From IMG/VR virus record IMGVR_UViG_3300012944_000006: a stretch of 64,000 nucleotides of DNA; one strand, written 5' to 3'. A program made the position numbers and the translations under genes. Shown piece after piece: positions 42,734 to 53,605 of this stretch (positions are counted from its first letter, which is position 1; every line of letters begins with the position of its first letter). The notes under the pieces were generated by a model that did not search any database, had not been told where the DNA came from, and saw only the letters and a list, made by a program, of their open reading frames with translations. The stretch comes from a virus.

Positions 42734-45700
42734 GGCCTAGAGTCTAAGTAACTCTGAATACTATCTATATATTTCTCCTGATCTTCTGGACCTTCTGAAG
42801 CTACTTTCTTCAACACTATAGGAAGTAGCTTTTCTTTTTCACCATCATTCGCCGCATTCCACACTTTCCAGACTTGAGAGAATTGGAGTTGCGGGGTATA
42901 GCGTTCGAGCAATGATTTGTTCCGAGTATCAAATAGATACTTAAGCTGATGAGGCTTGATGTACCCTTTGTTCAGAGCTTCTTCTAATTTATCTTCATTG
43001 ATGTTGCCCTTGGCAAACTCGTTACGAAGCTGTACGAACTGTTGCTTGCGTTCAAAGGCTACTTCATCCTCAGGTCCTTTAGATTGTGTGGTTTGGAAAT
43101 ACTTAGAAGCTAATTGTTCTGCCTCGGTCTGCCCTGCCCACTTAGGAGCGGGAAGGATTCCCGAAGCGGATTCTATCTTAGCTTGCCAATCGGTGTCTCC
43201 ACGTAGCGCACGCTCCTGAGCATTGCTGATCGAGAACGGGATGAACTGCTTGCCCATGTACATGCTAAGGTCAGCGATTCTTTTGGCGGCTGGATCACCA
43301 GGATCGGTTATTCCCCTACCATAGTAGTTCGAGTTCCGATACATGTCACCCATTGTGGACATGAGTGGGGCTTCTTTATGGAAAATCGTATCCGCTGGAT
43401 TGTGAAGGAGGTTCACAAAGTCATATGTATATAGCTTGGGATAAACTCGATTCCACTCTCCATTTAAATTTTTTGATCCGTTGCGTGGATATAGATAATC
43501 CATTCCTTCCACTGGAGGGGCTCCCGGATGCAAATGCTGGTACATGGCATTTAGATATGCAGTCATTCCGATCATTGTTAAAGCATACGCAGTCCTATTG
43601 GTTATCCGAAAGCGGTCCTTCCCTGTTACAGCTTTACCCACTGATGCAGCTAGGTCGATGGCTCCACCACCTACTTCGCGTACCGTTCCAATATTCCATC
43701 CAGGAGATCGAAGCGTTACTGCAAGAATATCTTTCATTGCGTCATTCATTCCTAAATTTTCACGAACTACCTGCCCGTAGCGGTTATCAACGGAATCCCA
43801 AGCTTTTTGAAGCTCCTGCCGAATAACCTCAGGGGATTGTCCAGCATATTCATCTCTAATCTGAGATGCCATATCATAAAAAGTTCCCATCTTAACTCTG
43901 GGGATAAGCATGTTCATCAAAGGATAGGCGAGAGCTTCAATCATACTACCAGCAAGATTGAAGGGGAGCTTGGCTCCTGCTGCTATACGAGCTTCCCTAC
44001 CTCGATAATTATCTGTAGCTAATTTCCAATTGAGCTTGAGATTCTCAATAGAATGGGCTACCAAAAGTGGATCAGCGGAGATCCTACCATTGGCTAACTC
44101 AAAATCTCTACTAGCTTGAGACATGTTAAGGAACGTCCCCGGATTATCTACCTCAGCGATCATATGATCTCCGTAATAAGTATGCCTAACAATAGGCGCA
44201 ACTACGGAAGCAGTTCTAGCTAGACGTACAACAGCCGAGCCAATCTTACCTTGATTAATTAATTGCTTCAATCCAATTGATCCATCGCTAATAGCAGAAT
44301 TTAGCAATGTCTCTGTAGCATGGAATAAAGACATTGAAAGTTCGAATTGATTAGCTAAATTGTTATAGTTACGAATCGAATCATATAAAGACAAACTGGT
44401 ATATGGAATCTTCCACTTACCCTGTAATCCCTGACTAACAAAATTATTGAACTTCCTGGCTACTGCTTCAGGTGCATAGTATTGTCCCCGGTTGATAAGT
44501 CCTTTCTCATCTTCACTATACTGCTTAGGTTGAAAGATCTTATCATCAAGTGCAACCCATCCCTGAGGTTGTTGGCCGGGATTATAGTGTACTGCCAAGC
44601 CTGTGGATTTAAATTGTTCCTGAATCTTGTGGGCCATTGTATATCTATCAAGCTGATCAATACGCATCATAGCTAGACGCACAGGATTGTATGTAGTAGG
44701 CTGTAAGCCTGCTGCCAACGCATCCTGCATGAACTGATACTCTCTATGACGTAGGAAACCAGTTGATCCTTCAAGAGGACTACGAGCCAACCAATCCTTT
44801 GCAAAGGTCTGCGCTCGTCCCACATTGTTAAAAATGTGGGGAAGATAGTTTGCAATATAGGTATCGAACTTACCTGTTACCGCTTGCGCATCATTACGTG
44901 CCCGATCCAAAGCCCCACGCAAAACGAAGGCAACATCGTCAAGATCAGGAATGCTACCACCATATTCTTTGTGCCATTGTTTCATTATCCTAGCATTAGA
45001 AGTATCCAAGACTCCCTGTACCTGAGACTTGCCCTGCTCCATATTATCCATGAACCGAAGACTTTCCGGAATTGAAAGCTGGTTCATCAACTTATCGAAG
45101 ATGTTCATGTTCTTTTCGATAATGCGATGGGTTCTATATCTTACACCCGAAGCCTCACGCATGATAGCCATTGCCTCAGAAGCCTCTGCTTTACTAGCAA
45201 ATAGATTAGCGAGACTAATAGAGGGGCTGTTAGAGCCTGGTACGGAATCAGATAGCTTCTTATAACGCTGCCTCAATCCAGCATCGTTAGCAAGATCCAT
45301 CAATTCACGATTGTCTTCAGACCAGAAGCTTTCCTTATAAGCTGCCAATTCAGTTGGAGTCATTCCTTCGTAGCGCTTGAGGAGTGTGTCCAGAGTAAAG
45401 GCGGCGATCTTCTGAGTCTCAGTGGGAGAATATGGGGCTACGTTCTGACCAATAGCACCACTCTCCCCCTTACGAGATAGAGCATCAATTGATTTCTTCA
45501 GAGCATCAGGAGCGTTGTCCTTAAGCCCTTGATGAAGAATTGTCAGTCCCTTGTGGATGAATTTAAGTTGAGAGTCTTCATCATCATAGCGTTCCACTGC
45601 ACCCTGAACAACTGTCTTAATCGAATCCTGATGCTCGGGCCACTTGGTTGTGATTTCCTCAACAATATCATTTACTTTCCCCAGGATCTTTTTACCAGCG

Positions 45701-47829
45701 GGGGTAATGCTGGCTGAGGAGGCCTGGGCCTTACGGGTGCTCTCAACGGATTTCGGAAGCTCGGTCCCACTGGGGGTTGTGGTCTCCGGGGCTCCAACAG
45801 GTTTCTCCGACTCATACAATTCCTTTGGTAGCTGACGCTTAATAGACGCAGGAAGTTTATCCAATTGGCCGCGTAGTTCGCTAGTGCCACCTTGGAGTTG
45901 TTCTTTCCACTGAGCAGTTAGATCTTGAAGCTGTGCTTTAGTTTCTCCCGAAAGCTTCTTAGCAGCGTTCTCGTAGATCGAGTTCTTTAAATCACGAAGG
46001 TCTTGATCGACTTTGTTGTAATCCGGAGTCTCAATGTGCATACCCGAACGCATAGTATCTTGAAGTTCTTCTTTGGAAATCCTGCTGGCTGACACGCTGG
46101 TAAGATTCTTAAGTTCCTCCAGTTCCTTCGGTGTTGCTCTACCTAGTGTAAGATCCCTAGGTTTCTTGCCTAGAACTGCCTCAAGGTTCTCCACAGTAAG
46201 CGGAGCAATCTGACCGCTGAAGCCCTTAGGAGCAAACGGATACTCAAGATGGGTAGGATCAAGGTCGATAGGAGAAGGCATGGAATACCTGGGCTGATAA
46301 AGATACGGCTGTGGTTTTCCATTAGCGTCTAGTTCTAGTTTCTCTGCCAACTTGGCTTTAAGACCTGGATCAGTTGTGCTACTGAAGTCTGCTTTCATCC
46401 GTTCTCTAGACTCAGCAAGCTGTGTTTTCATGTATGCTGACTGAGCAGCAAAGCCCTTAACACGCTGAAGCTCGTTAGTAGAACCAAGCTGGCGTCCCAT
46501 TAGATCGTTAAGCTTATTAAGCTGCGGTTCTGTCAAGCCAAAAGATTGCACAGGCTCTTTCAATATTTTAGACAGCTTAACAACATCTTCAGGCGCGATA
46601 CTTCCGCCCTGTGCAAACGTAGCATCCTTGGCTCTCTGTATAAGGGCAACTGCTTTATTCCCAGTCACAAGTTGATTCAAACGGAACACACGTCCCACAA
46701 GCGGACGCATCCTATCCTCAATATCCTTAAGAGCAGTTGGGGGAGCTGAGGGGGTTGTAGCCTGGGGGGTTTCTTTCGGTACAGGTACTTCTTCTTGCTT
46801 TACAACTTCAGGTTCTTTAAGAGGCTCCGGGCTAACCTCCGGGGCCTTTTGTATTTCTGGTGTAACCTCAGTAGGAAACTCATTATGCTGAACGAAACCT
46901 TTATTGTCCGGAAGCTGTTCTACAAACCCACCCGTATCTAAAGGTTCAACTATATTTCCGGATACCGGATGTCGAAGTACAGGCTCCACTGGTACAGGCG
47001 ATGTTACTTCTACCGGTACAGGCGGTGCTATTTCCACTGGAGGAGCTTGGACTGGAGCTGCCTTTTCACCAGGCCTAATAACCCCTCGTAAAGCTTCTGC
47101 CTTACGAGCATCAGCTTGTTGACGTAGCATATCCAGAGATGGCTTTACTTCAGCCTGTACATGGGCAGCGGCTGGAGTTGTAGGATGCTGTTCTTCGATA
47201 GTCTTTGCTACAGGTAATTCACCTTCGCCAGCTCCAAAGCCTAGATGTCCTAGTAAAGCAGGAAGTGCAAGTTGTCCGAATCCATAAGCCGGATGTGCTG
47301 CAAGCTGTTTGATTTGTTCCATTTGCTGAGCCTGAGCATCTTGCTGTGCTTTGAGATTAGCAACACCGGCAGCGGCACCAGTCTTACTGAATGGAATCAT
47401 AGTAAGAGTGCCGGAGTATGGATTACCAACACTCTCTCCTGAAGCCATGAAAGGTTCACCTTGGCTCTTAATAGTTTGAATAGGGTGGACAACTGGGGCG
47501 GTTATAGCAGATGCTGCGCCAGTCGCTATGTCTGTAGCAGAGCGGGTCAGGTAATCAGCCCCACCCTTCTCATCCATCGGAGACAGGACTTTGTCTACCA
47601 TACCTTGTGCAGACGAAACAAGCCCCTTAAAGCTATCCCATAGAGACGACTTTTGAGGGGCTTGGGGTGTGGACGCAGGAGTACCCCATTGTATCTGATT
47701 GTGATACACGGGGTACTTGCTTACTACTTTATTTGCAAGTTCTTCATCCGGAACATTATCATATGCACCCGGATACTTAGCTTTGATTTTTTGTCCGAAC
47801 TGCGCAGGACTTAGAAGATTATCAGCCAC
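42730..47829 (-). CDS. 1699-aa virion-associated giant protein (internal/ejection or tape-measure-like)
   Basis: Largest ORF, terminal gene of the tail block; Pro/Glu/Val-rich linker around aa 250-370; no catalytic motif seen. Confidence 0.55.
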   Translation of the reverse strand: MADNLLSPAQFGQKIKAKYPGAYDNVPDEELANKVVSKYPVYHNQIQWGTPASTPQAPQKSSLWDSFKGLVSSAQGMVDKVLSPMDEKGGADYLTRSATDIATGAASAITAPVVHPIQTIKSQGEPFMASGESVGNPYSGTLTMIPFSKTGAAAGVANLKAQQDAQAQQMEQIKQLAAHPAYGFGQLALPALLGHLGFGAGEGELPVAKTIEEQHPTTPAAAHVQAEVKPSLDMLRQQADARKAEALRGVIRPGEKAAPVQAPPVEIAPPVPVEVTSPVPVEPVLRHPVSGNIVEPLDTGGFVEQLPDNKGFVQHNEFPTEVTPEIQKAPEVSPEPLKEPEVVKQEEVPVPKETPQATTPSAPPTALKDIEDRMRPLVGRVFRLNQLVTGNKAVALIQRAKDATFAQGGSIAPEDVVKLSKILKEPVQSFGLTEPQLNKLNDLMGRQLGSTNELQRVKGFAAQSAYMKTQLAESRERMKADFSSTTDPGLKAKLAEKLELDANGKPQPYLYQPRYSMPSPIDLDPTHLEYPFAPKGFSGQIAPLTVENLEAVLGKKPRDLTLGRATPKELEELKNLTSVSASRISKEELQDTMRSGMHIETPDYNKVDQDLRDLKNSIYENAAKKLSGETKAQLQDLTAQWKEQLQGGTSELRGQLDKLPASIKRQLPKELYESEKPVGAPETTTPSGTELPKSVESTRKAQASSASITPAGKKILGKVNDIVEEITTKWPEHQDSIKTVVQGAVERYDDEDSQLKFIHKGLTILHQGLKDNAPDALKKSIDALSRKGESGAIGQNVAPYSPTETQKIAAFTLDTLLKRYEGMTPTELAAYKESFWSEDNRELMDLANDAGLRQRYKKLSDSVPGSNSPSISLANLFASKAEASEAMAIMREASGVRYRTHRIIEKNMNIFDKLMNQLSIPESLRFMDNMEQGKSQVQGVLDTSNARIMKQWHKEYGGSIPDLDDVAFVLRGALDRARNDAQAVTGKFDTYIANYLPHIFNNVGRAQTFAKDWLARSPLEGSTGFLRHREYQFMQDALAAGLQPTTYNPVRLAMMRIDQLDRYTMAHKIQEQFKSTGLAVHYNPGQQPQGWVALDDKIFQPKQYSEDEKGLINRGQYYAPEAVARKFNNFVSQGLQGKWKIPYTSLSLYDSIRNYNNLANQFELSMSLFHATETLLNSAISDGSIGLKQLINQGKIGSAVVRLARTASVVAPIVRHTYYGDHMIAEVDNPGTFLNMSQASRDFELANGRISADPLLVAHSIENLKLNWKLATDNYRGREARIAAGAKLPFNLAGSMIEALAYPLMNMLIPRVKMGTFYDMASQIRDEYAGQSPEVIRQELQKAWDSVDNRYGQVVRENLGMNDAMKDILAVTLRSPGWNIGTVREVGGGAIDLAASVGKAVTGKDRFRITNRTAYALTMIGMTAYLNAMYQHLHPGAPPVEGMDYLYPRNGSKNLNGEWNRVYPKLYTYDFVNLLHNPADTIFHKEAPLMSTMGDMYRNSNYYGRGITDPGDPAAKRIADLSMYMGKQFIPFSISNAQERALRGDTDWQAKIESASGILPAPKWAGQTEAEQLASKYFQTTQSKGPEDEVAFERKQQFVQLRNEFAKGNINEDKLEEALNKGYIKPHQLKYLFDTRNKSLLERYTPQLQFSQVWKVWNAANDGEKEKLLPIVLKKVASEGPEDQEKYIDSIQSYLDSRP

Positions 47830-47856
47830 TTACTTTTTTCTCGGATTGGTTAGTGG

Positions 47857-49104
47857 TTATTGATTGAGATTCAAGGGATCATTAGGATTTGGTTGACTAG
47901 TGGGAGGAACCATTGGATTGGGTGTATAACCATTTTGCTCTTGCAACCCACTAAGGTGCATGACTTTATCGGACAAGTCCTGTTGCTTCTTACGTAATCC
48001 CTCTAAATATTGACTATAGGCTTTTGTCCCATAGAACATCTGCTTACCGCTAACAGGGTCTTTTAAGATCTTACCTGGAGTATTAGCATCTCGATACTCC
48101 TGTTCAGCAACCGACTGTTGTTTCGTAAGTACATCAATCTGGTTCTTAAGAACTGGATCAAACTTAGCAGTACCTCGACCAGCCGTTGCGTGCCAAGCAT
48201 TCTTCTCGCTAAAGTATTCAGAGTTCATACCATCGAGAATCTTATGCCACGCAGCAGCCGGAACTTGCTCTGCACTACCATACTGTTTAATCAGTTCTCT
48301 ACCAGCAGCATCCAAATATCTATGTCCAGCTAGTTTAATAGGATCTTGTGACTCTCTCTTTAGATCTTCGAGTTGTTTGTCGTAACCAGCTTTCTGATCT
48401 GCAAGCTGTTGCTTTACATCATCGTTGTCTTTATAATGCTCCAACATTCCAGAGTAGTAATCACTCATAGCTTTGTTATGAGCGATACCAGCCTTGGCAG
48501 TATCCTGCTCCTGAGCTTCCTTCTGAAGAATAGCTACAGACTGAGCCTGTTGGAACGGAGCCATAAGCTGCGCGTTGATATGATCGTTGTGCGCTCCTTG
48601 ACTAGCCAACACTCCTTGAAACACATTGCTGATGCCTTCACCAGCCGTCTGAGCAGGCTTAGTAAAGGCAGCACCAGACATAGCACCTTCTAGGGCACCA
48701 GCAATATGAGGATGATTCTGCCACAAGCTATCGCTATGAATAAAGAGATGTGGATCTACATTGACATCATTGGTCACACCGAACCGACCAAGAAGCTCCT
48801 GAACCTGCGGAGAGTGTAGAGTATCCTGACTCATCGCAGCACCTTCGGTAGGGGAAACCCCCCCTCCAGGCCTAGATCCCCTCGTGCCCCCCGGAGTTTC
48901 ATTCCGAGGGATGTAGGGTCTGTTTTTATAAGGCGGGATGTTGGGTTTGCTACGTCCGGGATTTACCGGGGTAGCTGCCATAGGTGAAGTTCCCGGATTG
49001 ATCCCAGGGTCGCCCATCATAGGCGGTTCATTACCGGGAATAAGATGCCCTAAACCCACCGCATTAAACATATTAGAGATTAGAGGATTGTCTGTGAAAG
49101 CCAT
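47857..49104 (-). CDS. virion-block protein
   Basis: 415-aa ORF upstream of the giant gene. Confidence 0.55.
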   Translation of the reverse strand: MAFTDNPLISNMFNAVGLGHLIPGNEPPMMGDPGINPGTSPMAATPVNPGRSKPNIPPYKNRPYIPRNETPGGTRGSRPGGGVSPTEGAAMSQDTLHSPQVQELLGRFGVTNDVNVDPHLFIHSDSLWQNHPHIAGALEGAMSGAAFTKPAQTAGEGISNVFQGVLASQGAHNDHINAQLMAPFQQAQSVAILQKEAQEQDTAKAGIAHNKAMSDYYSGMLEHYKDNDDVKQQLADQKAGYDKQLEDLKRESQDPIKLAGHRYLDAAGRELIKQYGSAEQVPAAAWHKILDGMNSEYFSEKNAWHATAGRGTAKFDPVLKNQIDVLTKQQSVAEQEYRDANTPGKILKDPVSGKQMFYGTKAYSQYLEGLRKKQQDLSDKVMHLSGLQEQNGYTPNPMVPPTSQPNPNDPLNLNQ

Positions 49105-49733
49105 TAGCTAGCGTACCCACCCGCCCATCCTGTTGGAAGATTTGGAACTGGACCGCTGGTTGGCATCTGCGACCAAGTACCTTGACCTAGAGATCCTAGA
49201 ACAGAACTCCCACCCCCTCCTCCACCACCCATCATCCCACCTATTGCAGTACCAAGTCCACCAGTCAATCCGCCAAGAGCAGCGCCAGCTAACTGGGGTA
49301 GCCAAGTACCAACGCCCCCTGTAGTTTGTGTGGACTTCTGTCCGGTTTGCAAAGGTTGATAAGCCTGCATTGAAGACAACGCCCAATTACGATTCTGAAG
49401 AGCATTATTCAATGTACTGTTGAACGCACCGGACTGAAGTCCCGAGTTTGCAAGCATCGTTCGATTCAATAGAGATTGAGTAAAATTACCAGACTTGCCG
49501 ATCAATCCACCACCTGTACGAACATTAGCCAACGTATTAGAAATGTTACGCTGTCCAAGTTGTGAAGCCTGAGCCTGAGCCATCCCTAGTTGATTCTGAA
49601 AGAAAGAACTAGCTAAAGGATTCTGGGACATCTGAAGCAGAGAGTTCTGAAGCTGCGGCTGGAACGCACCGTAGGCACTCATACCTGCGGCATTATATTG
49701 ATTAGAGGTATCGGTAGTCGTCTTTGAGGACAT
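49104..49733 (-). CDS. Gln/Asn/Gly-rich virion-block protein
   Basis: 209 aa, C-terminal GGMMGGGGGGGSS run. Confidence 0.55.
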   Translation of the reverse strand: MSSKTTTDTSNQYNAAGMSAYGAFQPQLQNSLLQMSQNPLASSFFQNQLGMAQAQASQLGQRNISNTLANVRTGGGLIGKSGNFTQSLLNRTMLANSGLQSGAFNSTLNNALQNRNWALSSMQAYQPLQTGQKSTQTTGGVGTWLPQLAGAALGGLTGGLGTAIGGMMGGGGGGGSSVLGSLGQGTWSQMPTSGPVPNLPTGWAGGYAS

Positions 49734-50071
49734 TAAAGAACTTTCTTATATCGAAACTCAGGAGCGGTGCTAATCTTCTGCGCCCCCCAAGTATTCAATA
49801 CAGCTTGGTATTGTTCATCATTATCATGGACATTAAAGTAAATCTCTTTAACTCCTTGAAGTCGTAAGGCAGTTTCTAAATTCATTGCGAAGAGAAGTTT
49901 ACGTCTGGTTGGACTATCGGGATGAAAGTACATCGGATCAATCTCGAAGCAATTTCTAAGAACTGCAAAATCTTGTCCATCCATCGTTAAGACACTTGTT
50001 GCATAGCTAAGATCGGATGTTTCCGCGACCTTTGCAATCTCTTCATCGTTAGCAAGTCGTACAATATTCAT
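49733..50071 (-). CDS. hypothetical protein
   Basis: 112-aa ORF; motif copy 20 nt upstream. Confidence 0.55.
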   Translation of the reverse strand: MNIVRLANDEEIAKVAETSDLSYATSVLTMDGQDFAVLRNCFEIDPMYFHPDSPTRRKLLFAMNLETALRLQGVKEIYFNVHDNDEQYQAVLNTWGAQKISTAPEFRYKKVL

Positions 50072-50091
50072 AAGGCTCGGATTCCTTTAAT

Positions 50092-50111
50092 GAGGGGATT
50101 GTAGCCTGGTG
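50092..50111 (-). promoter_or_regulatory. dispersed motif copy
   Basis: - strand reads caccaggctacaatcccctc, about 20 nt before ATG 50071. Confidence 0.5.
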
Positions 50112-50351
50112 TTAGGCGTCGTCGTCTTGGAATTTAATATCTGGGGGTCTCTCTGTATCAATCCCTAGATGTTTAGATATAGCATATAGTGAGTTGTAGA
50201 TGTATGGCAAGTGATGCTTAGCCATCTCTTTAGTGAATCGGGTTGCGTTATCGTACTGTCGAAACCACCCGTAACCAATCTTGATTCCGGCTATTAAGAC
50301 AGCCAAACACCCAAGGACATAATAGATAGTGTTGAGTATGCCATCATGCAC
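50112..50351 (-). CDS. small membrane protein (holin-like topology)
   Basis: ILNTIYYVLGCLAVLIAGIKIGYGWF hydrophobic helix, charged C-terminus. Confidence 0.5.
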   Translation of the reverse strand: MHDGILNTIYYVLGCLAVLIAGIKIGYGWFRQYDNATRFTKEMAKHHLPYIYNSLYAISKHLGIDTERPPDIKFQDDDA

Positions 50352-50514
50352 GAGGATCTTTCAGATCAGGGTTATGTTTGAAGATTTCTTTGATATAGTT
50401 TTGAAGAGAACCAATAAGTTTCTTGTGACTTTGTAGGTCTGTCTCTCGTTGATTCGCCCACTTGTTCAGGACACTAACTCCAGAGGGTCCTGTGGATGTA
50501 ATATTCAATGGCAT
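50344..50514 (-). CDS. 56-aa hypothetical protein (not in ORF track)
   Basis: TAATG overlap with the upstream stop at 50514; fills a 160-nt gap. Confidence 0.4.
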   Translation of the reverse strand: MPLNITSTGPSGVSVLNKWANQRETDLQSHKKLIGSLQNYIKEIFKHNPDLKDPRA

Positions 50515-52970
50515 TAGATTCTCGAAATAGGGGAGTAATCGGTGATGAAAGAAGTCAGCACATCTGCAGATGTGGCCGAAGGACTGGGAGCACCAATCTG
50601 GAAAGAGTAGAATCGAGCGCGGCTGTTCGCCCCGGCAAGATAAAACTTCCTTGCTCCACCGAACGGAGCAGTTGTAAAAGATCCAGTCTTAATGGTGTAT
50701 GGAGAATCAAAGTCTGCTTGTGTAACAGCTCCGTAGACAGTGGCTACCATAGCATTTTCGTCTCCGATAGCTTCCATCTCATTAAGAACTTTCCAAACAG
50801 TGGCATCTCCCATATCCTGCCAGGTGGTTCGAACATTCCACGGAATAGACAAGTTGTTGTTCTGGAAGATAGGAGTACCACCGGGAGCAGGAACGTTAGT
50901 AAAGTCTTTGGTTTGAGTTGGATTGAAGTACCACGTCAGCAGAGAAGTATCGCAGAATTCAGTATAGAATAAGAATCTATTTCCACTACTGGGATACTGA
51001 TAAAAGAATATCGAGGTTGGCCCGTGATAATCTACCACCCCGCCTTGAGGAACGCCAATAGGGAAAGTCCAATGATACCACTTTCTAAGAGTAGTCTCAA
51101 AGATCAATAGCTCTGGATATGTCTGACCAACTCGTCTAAAGAAAACAACCGCGAAGTTATAGGGGCCATAGGTAAAGGATTTAACAGCAGCACCAGTGAA
51201 GGTTAGATCCCACTGTTGAAGATAGGAATAAACCGGAACGCCTACATCTTCATACGTATTGAAGTCAGAGAACATTACTTTATAGTCGGGAGTGATCCAC
51301 ATATAAGCTGAGGGTTGACTCTCTTTATATATGACATTCCAAACATCTTGATTCAATACGCCAGTCTGAGCAAACTGTTGATCGGGGATACTAAAGGATG
51401 CCATATCCGTTCCATACAAAGTATAGACCGCTCTGGTCGTAGCTATATGAAGAACCTGTCCATTAGATTGAAGAGCTGTAACCCGTTCATTATCAGTAGC
51501 AATAGGAATCTGGTTGGCACCAGGAAATGCTTCCTCCCATTTGGCGGTGATCAATCCTGTTGAAGTTGTAACCTCGTCAATGCTTTTTGAGAAGTAAACG
51601 TTCACACCATCAGTAACAAAGATCCTGCCCACATGAACCGTAGGATAAGTAAAAGGTTCTTGCGGGGGTAAATTATCTGCGATTCCTAAAACGTTACCGA
51701 ACTCATCCGTATCTACATATAGATTCTGCGTTAGAAGCGTTGCTCCTGAAGTATATGTCTGACTATAGGTATCAGGCATAGTATCAGTGTAGGTAAACGT
51801 TAGGTTTGTATTAGGACCTACAACCGCAGGAGCAAAAGAAGATAAAGGAATCTTCGCTACCAAATAAAGATGTTGTTCATCTCCACCATCTGAAGTAGCC
51901 AGCAGTAGAACCGTATCTACCTGCCCATCAATGACAGCGTTGGCTGTATATCGTTTGATCGGTCTATTATTCCCGGTGTTAACGACAGGTGCAGCACTTC
52001 CTACTATATCGGAGATGCTAATGTTTACCGTTAAGCTGGTGAACCCAGAATTCTGATTCGTCCAAGTTACTGTACCATCGGTGGTTGTACCACCCACAGT
52101 TTCATTCCAAGTAGGAACACTTGTCCCACTGGTTCCAGCAGTCGTTACCTTCTGATTGTAAATCCCATCATTAACAATCTGACCGAGAATATAAGTAGCT
52201 GCTGGTTGCCAAGCTGCCTTAGAAAGACTTGGAACCGGGGGATTAAAGCTATACCAAATGTCAGAGACATGACCTGTGAAGCTATTCATGAAGGCTACGG
52301 TATACTGTCTACCAGTCGCAAAGGTCAATGGACCTGTGCCATTCGGAGTAACCGTAATCAAATTGGTCTGATTGCCTGCCGCATCTAATGCGGGAAGTGG
52401 TGCGACAATGCCCCAAAGATTCGGGCCTTGAGGGGTATTAAAGCCTGGTGAGGAGTTCAGCCCCCAATTAATTTTAACCGCAGTACCCAAACCTACCGTC
52501 AAATAATTCCAGAAGCGACTGGTTACAGCGTAGATATTTCCGTTGGCTCCGAATGAAGTTTGGAAATCCGAAGGTGCAATTGTAAGTCCGCTTCTGCTAT
52601 ACGCAGACCCGTCATCATTCAGAACCTCAAGTAGATTGATATTCCGATACAAGAAAATGTTGGTAGCGCTGGTCCCTGAAGGATTAGAAGCATCCTGCGG
52701 TACGTTGTAAAAGAAGACTTGGCTCGGTGTACCAGCAGCCGGATAAGCTGCGCCACTTAAAGCACTGAGATTGTAGACTCCCCATCTCGTTCTAAAGCCG
52801 CCACTTACTCCAGGCAAAAGATTGTTTAAATCTAAGAATGCCTGAGGATTCTGGTTAGGTCCAGACGAGAAGGTGTCAATGCCAGCATCAATGAAATGGC
52901 TATAGACAGTCCGGTTAGTATACCTATGATACCAGCCTACGTATTCAGTTGGAACCTGATTGTAAGGCAT
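50514..52970 (-). CDS. large tail protein (nozzle / tubular-B-like by size and order)
   Basis: 818 aa directly after a 211-aa ORF, like the tubular A/B pair of podoviruses; analogy only. Confidence 0.5.
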   Translation of the reverse strand: MPYNQVPTEYVGWYHRYTNRTVYSHFIDAGIDTFSSGPNQNPQAFLDLNNLLPGVSGGFRTRWGVYNLSALSGAAYPAAGTPSQVFFYNVPQDASNPSGTSATNIFLYRNINLLEVLNDDGSAYSRSGLTIAPSDFQTSFGANGNIYAVTSRFWNYLTVGLGTAVKINWGLNSSPGFNTPQGPNLWGIVAPLPALDAAGNQTNLITVTPNGTGPLTFATGRQYTVAFMNSFTGHVSDIWYSFNPPVPSLSKAAWQPAATYILGQIVNDGIYNQKVTTAGTSGTSVPTWNETVGGTTTDGTVTWTNQNSGFTSLTVNISISDIVGSAAPVVNTGNNRPIKRYTANAVIDGQVDTVLLLATSDGGDEQHLYLVAKIPLSSFAPAVVGPNTNLTFTYTDTMPDTYSQTYTSGATLLTQNLYVDTDEFGNVLGIADNLPPQEPFTYPTVHVGRIFVTDGVNVYFSKSIDEVTTSTGLITAKWEEAFPGANQIPIATDNERVTALQSNGQVLHIATTRAVYTLYGTDMASFSIPDQQFAQTGVLNQDVWNVIYKESQPSAYMWITPDYKVMFSDFNTYEDVGVPVYSYLQQWDLTFTGAAVKSFTYGPYNFAVVFFRRVGQTYPELLIFETTLRKWYHWTFPIGVPQGGVVDYHGPTSIFFYQYPSSGNRFLFYTEFCDTSLLTWYFNPTQTKDFTNVPAPGGTPIFQNNNLSIPWNVRTTWQDMGDATVWKVLNEMEAIGDENAMVATVYGAVTQADFDSPYTIKTGSFTTAPFGGARKFYLAGANSRARFYSFQIGAPSPSATSADVLTSFITDYSPISRI

Positions 52971-53605
52971 TACTGAACGAATGCGCCTTTCTTAAGCAGC
53001 TCATACTGCTGTGCCCAGAAGCCAACCTCCTGGTCAAGCTTCAGATATTGACAAGCCAACATGTTAACACCGGCTACTATCAGATCCTTACCATCATTCG
53101 GGATCAAAAGAACATCCGTTAGATTCACCAGATCAGGACTGTAAGCTTCGTAGTGAACCTCATAGGTTCCATTGAAGGCTGCCTTTTGAGGAGCTGGAAA
53201 TATCACCAGGCCAGTAGTCCCCTCTCTACGATAATATTCCGGCCACTGTTGCATCGTTTTCGGAGTCAACATAGGTTCGGGAATCTGGAGGGGAGCTTTT
53301 GCCTGGACTGCATCGGCTTCTGAGGCAGGAAATATAAGATTGTCTATTGGAAGGATAACACGATCAAAGGTTCGGTCATATAGAAGAACGATACGCCGGG
53401 TGGTAGATGGGATGGTATACAAAGATGTTCCACTAACGACATTGACCGTTGTGATGTTCTGTAGAAGGGTATTGAATAACGATGTGTGAAGTGCATCCTT
53501 CTGAATGCGGTTGACCCAGGGGATTAAAATAGCTGCATCCGTAGAACCGTTAAGAACCTGACGAATGTCGTTGGTGGTATCATTGATGATATCTTGAACT
53601 GTCAT
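52970..53605 (-). CDS. tail protein (tubular-A-like by size and order)
   Basis: 211-aa ORF, start/stop coupled. Confidence 0.45.
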   Translation of the reverse strand: MTVQDIINDTTNDIRQVLNGSTDAAILIPWVNRIQKDALHTSLFNTLLQNITTVNVVSGTSLYTIPSTTRRIVLLYDRTFDRVILPIDNLIFPASEADAVQAKAPLQIPEPMLTPKTMQQWPEYYRREGTTGLVIFPAPQKAAFNGTYEVHYEAYSPDLVNLTDVLLIPNDGKDLIVAGVNMLACQYLKLDQEVGFWAQQYELLKKGAFVQ

